54,968 nt of DNA from Oscillospiraceae bacterium (lineage in GTDB: Bacteria > Bacillota > Clostridia > Oscillospirales > Ruminococcaceae), in assembly GCA_045590375.1 (NCBI GenBank), contig JAZNQY010000095.1, positions 1 through 54,968 of the forward strand, given 5' to 3'. Below are positions 19,202 through 26,101 of the stretch, in pieces (position 1 is the stretch's first letter; every line of letters begins with the position of its first letter). Made by a program: the position numbers and the translations under genes. Below the pieces are notes generated by a model, which had not been told where the DNA came from, made no database searches, and saw only the letters and a program-made list of their open reading frames with translations.

Positions 19202-19323
19202 AATTCTTTATTTCACCCTTTCTGTAACAGATTTTTTCCTGCTTGATAAAAGCACATTTAGGGCAGTGGGGTGAACGCTGAGCATTCTACCCTTTACTGC
19301 CCCTTATGTATCATAGTATTGCT

Positions 19324-19800
19324 TTATCCACCAAGATATTCCATGAGTTCGTAAAACTTATTCTTTATATTTACAAACGCATTGGATTCAGTTTCGGCTA
19401 TCTCGATAACATCATTATTCTGAAGGCTGACATATTCAACCTGTGACTTATCGAGTTTTTTAAGCCCGAGAACGTTTTCGGCATAATCCTCAACACTTTC
19501 TATTGAGGTTCTTCCGTCGAGTTCTGCTTTCATTCTTACGCCATTGCTGTATTCTACATCAACGGCTCTTGTCATTGTTGCTATCTCCGCCTGAAGACAG
19601 GTTTCTTCTGCTTTTCCATAAAGAACAAAACACATAAGCGCACCTGCAAGTGCAACTGCCGCAACAGTTTTTACTGCAGAAAAACCTTTGGGTGCCACTT
19701 TCGCAGAACGCTTGATCATCTGCTCACGCTTTGGCTCTGGCGCTACTTTGTGATATTCATACCTCGAGAGGTCGTAAGCAAGATTAGTCTGTTTGCTCAT
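19324..19800 (-). CDS. ftsL: FtsL-like bitopic cell-division protein
   Basis: Assigned mainly from its position (rsmH then this gene then PBP) and topology. It has a single TM (VAAVALAGALMCFVLYG) followed by a short coiled segment. No strong sequence motif is present. Confidence 0.55.
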   Translation of the reverse strand: MSKQTNLAYDLSRYEYHKVAPEPKREQMIKRSAKVAPKGFSAVKTVAAVALAGALMCFVLYGKAEETCLQAEIATMTRAVDVEYSNGVRMKAELDGRTSIESVEDYAENVLGLKKLDKSQVEYVSLQNNDVIEIAETESNAFVNIKNKFYELMEYLGG

Positions 19801-20725
19801 TATCCCTTATCCTTTCTATAATTCTTAACTTCGCACTACGGCTGCGGTTGTTTTCTTCAATCTCTTCAGCCGATGCCTCAATGGGTTTTTTGTTTATAAG
19901 TTTTCCAAGAGACTTTTTGTTACATACACATACGGGGAATTCGGGAGGGCAGGTACAACCTGTGCAGAACGACGCAAAACGCTGTTTCACAAGCCTGTCC
20001 TCTAAAGAATGGAATGTTATGACGCAGAGTCTTCCACCGATTTCGAGAGCATCAAATGCTTTATCAAGCCCTTCGGAAAGATGCGTAAGCTCTCCGTTTA
20101 CCTCCATTCGTATTGCCTGGAATGTTTTTTTGCAGGGGTTTTTGTCTCTTCTGAATTTCTGAGGAATTGAATTCCTTATTATTTCAGCGAGTTCAAGAGT
20201 TGTTTCTATGGTATATTTTTCTCTTGCCTTTACAATATTGTTTGCAATGCTTCTTGCAAACTTCTCCTCGCCGTATTCAAATATTATTTTTGAAAGATCG
20301 GCATAGGAATATTCATTGACAACATCTTTTGCAGATAATCCTGTTTTAGACATTCTCATATCAAGAGGTGCATCATAATGATAGGAAAACCCTCTTGCTG
20401 CGTTGTCAAGCTGATATGATGAAACTCCTAAATCCATAAGAATTCCGTTTACTTTATCTATGCCAAGGTCTGAAAGTGCTGTATCCATTTCAGAATAATT
20501 ACAGTTTACAACCGTTGCATTATAATCTTTGAGTCTTTCGGTTGCAACTGCTACGGCATCGGGATCTCTGTCGAGAGAGATAAGTCTGCCTGTCGTGAGC
20601 CTTTTCGCAATCTCACTTGAATGTCCTGCTCCACCTGCAGTTCCGTCAAGGTAAATTCCACAGGGATTGATATTCAATCCCTCAAGACATTCACTGAGCA
20701 TTACGGGTTTATGTGAAAATTCCAT
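19784..20725 (-). CDS. rsmH: 16S rRNA (cytosine1402-N4)-methyltransferase RsmH
   Basis: Contains HKPVMLSE, YLDGTAGGAGHS, DLGVSSYQLD and ITFHSLEDR. Confidence 0.95.
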   Translation of the reverse strand: MEFSHKPVMLSECLEGLNINPCGIYLDGTAGGAGHSSEIAKRLTTGRLISLDRDPDAVAVATERLKDYNATVVNCNYSEMDTALSDLGIDKVNGILMDLGVSSYQLDNAARGFSYHYDAPLDMRMSKTGLSAKDVVNEYSYADLSKIIFEYGEEKFARSIANNIVKAREKYTIETTLELAEIIRNSIPQKFRRDKNPCKKTFQAIRMEVNGELTHLSEGLDKAFDALEIGGRLCVITFHSLEDRLVKQRFASFCTGCTCPPEFPVCVCNKKSLGKLINKKPIEASAEEIEENNRSRSAKLRIIERIRDNEQTD

Positions 20726-21156
20726 TAAATATCAATTTCCTCCAGTGCAGCAGCAAGTTCGTCGTCAGAATATTCTTCGTTGAACTTATCCCATCTTTCA
20801 GGATTCCATATTTCAGCACGGTTTATATTACCTATTACAACTACATCATGTCCGAGACCTGCATGTTCACGAAGATTCTGCGAGAGAAGTATTCTTCCCT
20901 GACTGTCTGTTTCGGCAAAAACAGCATTTGCAGCATATTTTCTCTTTGCTGCCTTTGCAAGTGAACCACCGAGAGATTTAAGCTTGTCCGTAAAAATTTC
21001 CCACTCTTCTTCGGAATAAACATAGAGGCAACCTTCAAGGCCGATTGTTACTACAAACTGTGAGCCGAGCGCATCTCTGAGCTTATTTGGAAATGCCATT
21101 CTGCCCTTTGCATCGACTGTATGTTTATAAATGCCCATTAAAGCCTTTGTTGACAC
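20725..21156 (-). CDS. mraZ: transcriptional regulator MraZ
   Basis: Two SpoVT/AbrB-like halves carry DAKGRMAFP and DSQGRILL. I prefer the GTG start at 21156, which lies 6 nt after AGGTGA. ATG 21138 or 21174 remain possible. The stop overlaps the rsmH ATG (TAATG). Confidence 0.88.
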   Translation of the reverse strand: MSTKALMGIYKHTVDAKGRMAFPNKLRDALGSQFVVTIGLEGCLYVYSEEEWEIFTDKLKSLGGSLAKAAKRKYAANAVFAETDSQGRILLSQNLREHAGLGHDVVVIGNINRAEIWNPERWDKFNEEYSDDELAAALEEIDI

Positions 21157-21180
21157 GCTTATCTCACCTCTCATTCGGAT

Positions 21181-21209
21181 TGTTGAAAACTCTGTTGAAA
21201 GTGTTGAAA
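21181..21209 (-). repeat. three direct TGTTGAAA repeats (TTTCAACA on the coding strand) in the mraZ leader
   Basis: Plus-strand TGTTGAAA occurs at 21181, 21193 and 21202, between the MraZ-box array and the mraZ RBS. Confidence 0.6.
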
Positions 21210-21211
21210 AT

Positions 21212-21247
21212 CACCACTTAGTGACACTCATCACCACTTTCCACCAC
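21212..21247 (-). promoter_or_regulatory. MraZ operator array (10-bp-phased AAGTGGTG boxes)
   Basis: Plus-strand CACCACTT occurs at 21212, 21232 and 21242, with a degenerate box (GACACT) at 21222. All are in 10-bp register and start right after the -10 element. Confidence 0.65.
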
Positions 21248-21256
21248 TTTGCACTC

Positions 21257-21285
21257 ATTTTAACATACATAAAAAGAAATATCAA
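21257..21285 (-). promoter_or_regulatory. Pmra, sigma-A-type promoter of the dcw cluster
   Basis: Minus strand reads TTGATA (21285..21280), 17 nt, TAAAAT (21262..21257). Confidence 0.6.
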
Positions 21286-21416
21286 CAAGTAAAAATATCC
21301 TATTTTTTTGTGTTTGATTTTATTTTGCAAAAATCTGAAACGGAGTTTTTTTAACATTTTCCACCTATGAAAGTTGAAAGAAATCCCGAAAAATAGCAGG
21401 CTTACGATTTTGTATA

Positions 21417-21458
21417 AAAAATAGAATATACGTTCTGTGGAACGTATATTCTATTTTT
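21417..21458. terminator. perfect 19-bp hairpin, bidirectional terminator-like
   Basis: AAAATAGAATATACGTTC-TGTG-GAACGTATATTCTATTTT, flanked by an A-run and a T-run. Confidence 0.6.
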
Positions 21459-21482
21459 GCGAATGGTTTTTCCGGCGTTCAA

Positions 21483-21498
21483 CCACAATATATTGTGG
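21483..21498. promoter_or_regulatory. perfect 16-bp palindrome CCACAATATATTGTGG (NrdR-box-like)
   Basis: The palindrome is seen directly. A degenerate second copy, ACAATATATCTTGT, lies 30 bp away at 21515..21528. Confidence 0.4.
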
Positions 21499-21580
21499 TA
21501 GGTTTTGAAACCAAACAATATATCTTGTTGATTAGTTATTTTTACCATAAACTTTTTTCGCACCTTTTCAGGCAAAAAAT

Positions 21581-21618
21581 AAAATCTCTCTTTTGCACAA
21601 AAACAAAAGAGAGATTTT
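21581..21618 (-). terminator. 14-bp perfect hairpin, terminator-like
   Basis: AAAATCTCTCTTTT (21581..21594) pairs with AAAAGAGAGATTTT (21605..21618). ATTTTTTG follows on the minus strand. Confidence 0.5.
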
Positions 21619-21662
21619 ATAAGATTATGCCATAATATTTTTCCTCGTTTTTCAAAAACAAA

Positions 21663-21694
21663 ACACCACAGTCCCTGAAAAGAGGCTGTGGTGT
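21663..21694 (-). terminator. rho-independent terminator of the DD-carboxypeptidase gene
   Basis: Stem ACACCACAG / CTGTGGTGT starts 8 nt after the stop. TTTGTTTTTG follows on the minus strand. Confidence 0.7.
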
Positions 21695-21701
21695 GGGATT
21701 T

Positions 21702-23054
21702 TTATCTGCGTGGTGGTCTATGTCTGTTGACAGGTCTTGAATTTCTGTTCATTCTGCGACGCTTCTTCTTTTTATTGTTTGCAATAATAACAAGAGCGAT
21801 ATATCCTGCTACAAAGAAAAGGACAACGCCTAAAGTTACCTTAAACCAGATTGAACTGAAGAATTTTTTGACAAGGTCAAGATTATAGGCGAGCGCTGAT
21901 TTTTCAACGCCCTGTGAAGCAAGAAGGTTTATTTCTGCGAGGGTTTCGCCCGAACATCTGAGTTCTAAAGTTCCTATCTTATCCCCTGCTTTTACAGGTG
22001 CTTCGATTTCTTTAGGAAGGTTTACCTTCTTTTCAATAACTGTTGTTTCTATGGATGTAGGCCAGAACATTTCAAATCCGTGTTCGGGATGAACGAGAAT
22101 ATGGTCTGCTCCTGCTGAATATTTAACCGAAACTTCGCCGAGTTCTTCTGTTACCGAAAGGATTGTTGTTTCTCTGAAATATGCAAAAGCCCATTCATAA
22201 AGTGATTTTGCATCTAAAAATGCACTCTGGAAATTATTTCCCTCTTCGTCCTTCATAGGTCCACCAAGAGTTATTAAAAGGTAGTTATATCCACCAAAGC
22301 TCGCTGTTGATGCAAGGCATCTGCCTGCTTCATCGGTTGTTCCTGTCTTTGAGGGTCCTATCGGTTCATAATAATAATCACTCGTTCTGAGTATCATTTT
22401 ATTTGTATGATAGATGTTACGGGGTTCTGTATGTTTATTGTTTGCAGGAATTTCATAGCTGTAAGTACTTGCTATTTCTCTGAAATCAGGAAGTGATATG
22501 GCATATTCCATAATCTTTGCCATATCTTCTGCTGTTGTATACTGATCAGGATGATGGAGACCGTGTGCATTGACAAAATGAGTATTTTCACATCCGATTT
22601 CAACAGCCTTGTTATTCATCATTTCAACAAAGCCTTCAACGCTTCCTCCTACATGGTCGGCAAGGATGCTTCCTGCTTCGCAGGCTGACTGAAGCATAAG
22701 ACCATATAAAAGGTCTTTCGCTGTTGCAACTTCTCTCGGACGGAAATCAGCTGTTGATGCGCCCGACTGATAAAGTTCATCGAAAATATATGAGGGCGCT
22801 TCAATCTGAGTGTTTTCAAGGTCCTCAATATTTTCTATAGCAATAATCGCCGTCATAATTTTTGTAAGCGACGCAGGATACATCACCTTATCGGAATTCT
22901 TTTCATAGATGACTGTGTCTGTGTCAAGATTTATAAGGTATGCAGCCTCACTGTAAACTTCCATATTCGGAGTAAATGTCAGTGCGTTTACAGAAATCTG
23001 CGAAAACATCGACATTATTACTGCGAACACCAAAATCAATGATAACTTTTTCAT
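21702..23054 (-). CDS. D-alanyl-D-alanine carboxypeptidase (S11 family, PBP5/DacB-like)
   Basis: Signal peptide, SxxK motif ASLTKIMT and an SxN-type region. It has a C-terminal TM anchor and an extremely basic tail (NNKKKKRRRMNRNSRPVNRHRPPRR). Confidence 0.85.
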   Translation of the reverse strand: MKKLSLILVFAVIMSMFSQISVNALTFTPNMEVYSEAAYLINLDTDTVIYEKNSDKVMYPASLTKIMTAIIAIENIEDLENTQIEAPSYIFDELYQSGASTADFRPREVATAKDLLYGLMLQSACEAGSILADHVGGSVEGFVEMMNNKAVEIGCENTHFVNAHGLHHPDQYTTAEDMAKIMEYAISLPDFREIASTYSYEIPANNKHTEPRNIYHTNKMILRTSDYYYEPIGPSKTGTTDEAGRCLASTASFGGYNYLLITLGGPMKDEEGNNFQSAFLDAKSLYEWAFAYFRETTILSVTEELGEVSVKYSAGADHILVHPEHGFEMFWPTSIETTVIEKKVNLPKEIEAPVKAGDKIGTLELRCSGETLAEINLLASQGVEKSALAYNLDLVKKFFSSIWFKVTLGVVLFFVAGYIALVIIANNKKKKRRRMNRNSRPVNRHRPPRR

Positions 23055-23240
23055 TCTTCTTTCTCCCTGATATTCTAAAATTTTATGATTTGAAACTCAT
23101 TTTAAACTATTATAACAAATTTTTATCCAAAAGAAAAGACCTTTTTTGGTTACAACATTATTACAAAAACACTTTACCTTTATATTAAAATGTGATATAA
23201 TTACTTTGTTGTGATTATAAAGGTAATTAGGAGTGAATTT

Positions 23241-23906
23241 ATGATTTGTATCACAGGTGATCTCCACGGCGATTTATCACGTCTGGGACACAAAAACATC
23301 AAAAAACTCAAAAAAGGCGATTCTCTCATAATATGTGGAGACTTTGGCTGTATCTGGGATGGTTCTTCAAAAGAGAACTCAACCCTTAAAGCACTCGGAA
23401 AGAAAAAATACAATGTTCTTTTCGTTGACGGATGCCATGAAAACTTCGACCTTTTGGAAAGTTATCCCGTTGAAGAATGGAACGGTGGAAAGACAAGAGT
23501 TATTTCAGGAAATCTCCGTCAGCTCATGAGAGGCGAAATTTTTGATATTGACGGAAAGAAAATCTTTGCTTTCGGTGGTGGACAGAGCGAGGATAAGGAC
23601 ATAAAAAAAGAACAGAACAACTGGTGGGAAAACGAAACTCCTACCGAAGAAGAAATAGAAAATGCTATCGACAACCTCCTCTCTGCAGGAAACAAAGTTG
23701 ATTACATAGTAACTCACGAACCTCCTGCTACTCTTAAGGAATTTTTACAGGTTGATACAAAGCAGAAGAGTGAGATGGGCGCTTATTTCGACAAACTCAA
23801 GGACTCTTGTGAATATATCAAGTGGTTTTTCGGAAAATGTCATATAAACCGTTCTATTCCTCCAAAATATCAGGCTGTTTTTGATGAAGCATTCATTATT
23901 GAATAA
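23241..23906 (+). CDS. metallophosphoesterase family protein
   Basis: The MICITGDLHGD and ICGDFG motifs are calcineurin-like phosphoesterase motifs I and II, with VTHEPP as a later motif. I set the start at ATG 23241 after AGGAGTG, and the track start is a GTG at 23211. Confidence 0.75.
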   Translation: MICITGDLHGDLSRLGHKNIKKLKKGDSLIICGDFGCIWDGSSKENSTLKALGKKKYNVLFVDGCHENFDLLESYPVEEWNGGKTRVISGNLRQLMRGEIFDIDGKKIFAFGGGQSEDKDIKKEQNNWWENETPTEEEIENAIDNLLSAGNKVDYIVTHEPPATLKEFLQVDTKQKSEMGAYFDKLKDSCEYIKWFFGKCHINRSIPPKYQAVFDEAFIIE

Positions 23907-23909
23907 TAT

Positions 23910-23945
23910 AAAAATGGTATCGTTCGGATGAACGATACCATTTTT
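23910..23945. terminator. bidirectional terminator between the metallophosphoesterase gene and ppk
   Basis: AAAAATGGTATCGTTC-GGAT-GAACGATACCATTTTT. Confidence 0.8.
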
Positions 23946-23953
23946 GTTTTGTT

Positions 23954-26083
23954 TTATTTTGAAAATACAGATTTGATTTTCTCGAAGAAAGATTGTTTTT
24001 TCTTTTCTTCGGGGACTTCTTTTATCTTTGAAGCTTCTTCATAGGCTTTTTCAAAGAAAAGTTCCTGTGCATTGATTTTTTCTGCTGTTGTTTCTTCTTT
24101 ATAGCGATAAATTCCGTCATTCCCCTGAACTCTCGCCTTTACATTATCAGAAAGAAGAGTTGTGAAAATGCCGTAAATTCTTTCGGCTATTCCTTTATCA
24201 TAAACAGGAACGGCAACCTCTACTCTTCTGAGAGTGTTTCTTGTCATAAAATCTGCTGAAGAAATATATACCTTTCTTCCCTCTCCCTCACCGAAAATAT
24301 AAATTCTCGAATGTTCAAGATATCTTCCGACAATACTTGTTACTGTTATGTTTTCTGTATAATCCTTAACACCTGAAACAAGACAGCATATTCCTCTTAT
24401 CACAAGGTCAGTCTTTACTCCTGCCTTTGACGCCTCGATAAGTTTTTCGATTATAACCTTATCTGTGAGAGAATTGAGTTTAAGACCGATATATGAGGGA
24501 TTTCCCATTGTAGCGAGTTCAATCTGTTCATCTATCATAGCGATAATCTTATTCTGTAAGCATTTTGGTGCTACAAGGAGATGATTTGTCTGTTCAACGC
24601 AGTTTCCGAGAGAAAGTGCATTGAAGATATTTACTGCTTCAAGGCCGATTTCTGTCGACGCTGTCATAAGTGAAAGGTCGGTATACAAAGCAGAAGTTTT
24701 TTCGTTGTAGTTTCCTGTTCCAACCTGAGTTATGAATTTTACTCCGTCACCATTTTTCTTTGTTATAAGAAGAAGTTTTGAATGAACTTTAAGTCTGTCA
24801 AGTCCGTAGATTACGGTACATCCTGCGTCTTCAAGCTGTTTCGACCAGCCGATATTGTTTTCTTCGTCAAAACGAGCCCTTAGTTCAACGAGAACCAAAA
24901 CTTCCTTTCCGTTTTCGGCAGCATCTATGAGTGCTTCTATAATCTTACTGTTTTTAGCCACTCTATAAAGTGTTATTTTTATAGAAACAACATCTTTATC
25001 AGAACCTGCTTCTTTAAGAAGATTGATAAACGGCTTTATGGTCTGATAAGGATAAGAAAGAAGGACATCGCCTTTTTCTACCCTCTTCATAACAGACATA
25101 TTATCGGGGAAATCGGGCGATTTCTGTGGAACACGGCGATTAAAGAAAAGTTCGCTGTGGTCTGAAAGACGATTGCTGAGTGAAAAAACAAAAGAAAGGT
25201 CTAAAGGTCCTTTAACCTGATATGTCTGCCACTTTTCGATTTCAAGGTTTTCACAGATGAATTTAAGTGCAGCATCACCGAGTTTACGGGTATATTCCAT
25301 TCTTACGGGAGAGAGTTTCTTTCTTTTGCGTAAAAGTTCCTCCATAGCCTCACGGAAATCGTCAACATCGTGATCTAAAGACTCATTAGGGTCGATATCG
25401 GCGTTTCTTGTTATTCTTATAAGTGATTTTGAAAGGATATTGCATCCTTCAAAAACTGTCGGAACATAATGAAGGATAAGTTCTTCAACAAGCATAAATC
25501 TTTTCTTACTCTGTGTAGGAAGAAAAATTGCTCTTTCGAAAACGCCGTTAGCGCAGGGAACTATTCCGAGTTTTGCCGAGCCACTTTTTGTTTCGATATA
25601 GACAACGGCATAAATCTCCTTATTTTTAAGAAAAGGAAAAGGATGCTTTTTATCTATAATTTGAGGTGAAAGAAGGGGTTTTATTTCTGATGCAAAGTAT
25701 GCTGCGAGATATTTTTCTTCCGAGCCTGAAAGGTCCTTGAAATTAACCTGCTCTACCCCGTATTCACCGAGTTCGTTTATAATATTATGGTAACTCATAA
25801 CATTTTGTTCGGAAAGTGATGCTGCTATCGGAAAAATCTCGTCAATCTGTTCTTCGGCAGTCTTATTTGTCTTATTTTCCCTTTCGGTAGGGTCTATGAG
25901 CATTTTATCGAAAAGCGAGCCTACTCTTACCATAAAAAATTCATCGAGATTACTCTGGAAAATTGATGAGAAGGTAAGTCTTTCACATAAAGGAACGCTT
26001 TTGTCTTCTGATTCTTCGAGAACTCTTTTATTGAATTTGAGCCAGGAAAGTTCTCTGTTATCAAAACATTTTTTTACTGACAT
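23954..26083 (-). CDS. ppk: polyphosphate kinase 1
   Basis: 709 aa. It has an N-terminal NRELSWLKFNKRVLEE and two PLD-like HxK-containing domains (KVHSKLLLI, YLEHSRIYIF). Confidence 0.93.
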   Translation of the reverse strand: MSVKKCFDNRELSWLKFNKRVLEESEDKSVPLCERLTFSSIFQSNLDEFFMVRVGSLFDKMLIDPTERENKTNKTAEEQIDEIFPIAASLSEQNVMSYHNIINELGEYGVEQVNFKDLSGSEEKYLAAYFASEIKPLLSPQIIDKKHPFPFLKNKEIYAVVYIETKSGSAKLGIVPCANGVFERAIFLPTQSKKRFMLVEELILHYVPTVFEGCNILSKSLIRITRNADIDPNESLDHDVDDFREAMEELLRKRKKLSPVRMEYTRKLGDAALKFICENLEIEKWQTYQVKGPLDLSFVFSLSNRLSDHSELFFNRRVPQKSPDFPDNMSVMKRVEKGDVLLSYPYQTIKPFINLLKEAGSDKDVVSIKITLYRVAKNSKIIEALIDAAENGKEVLVLVELRARFDEENNIGWSKQLEDAGCTVIYGLDRLKVHSKLLLITKKNGDGVKFITQVGTGNYNEKTSALYTDLSLMTASTEIGLEAVNIFNALSLGNCVEQTNHLLVAPKCLQNKIIAMIDEQIELATMGNPSYIGLKLNSLTDKVIIEKLIEASKAGVKTDLVIRGICCLVSGVKDYTENITVTSIVGRYLEHSRIYIFGEGEGRKVYISSADFMTRNTLRRVEVAVPVYDKGIAERIYGIFTTLLSDNVKARVQGNDGIYRYKEETTAEKINAQELFFEKAYEEASKIKEVPEEKKKQSFFEKIKSVFSK

Positions 26084-26101
26084 ATAAACACCTCAAATAA
26101 A

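Noticed and set aside
21211-21357. 48-aa minus-strand ORF (MLKKLRFRFLQNKIKHKKIGYFYLLIFLFMYV...) preceded by AGGTGG, upstream of mraZ
   Set aside because: The SD-to-ATG spacing is only 3 nt. The ORF also runs through the Pmra -35/-10 elements and the MraZ boxes. Its hydrophobic stretch is what AT-rich promoter DNA translates to, so it is most likely fortuitous.
21402-21548. 48-aa minus-strand ORF (MVKITNQQDILFGF...) in the dacB-mraZ intergenic region
   Set aside because: It crosses the 16-bp palindrome and the 19-bp perfect hairpin, has a distant RBS (12 nt) and shows no recognisable features. The underlying DNA looks structural or regulatory rather than coding.
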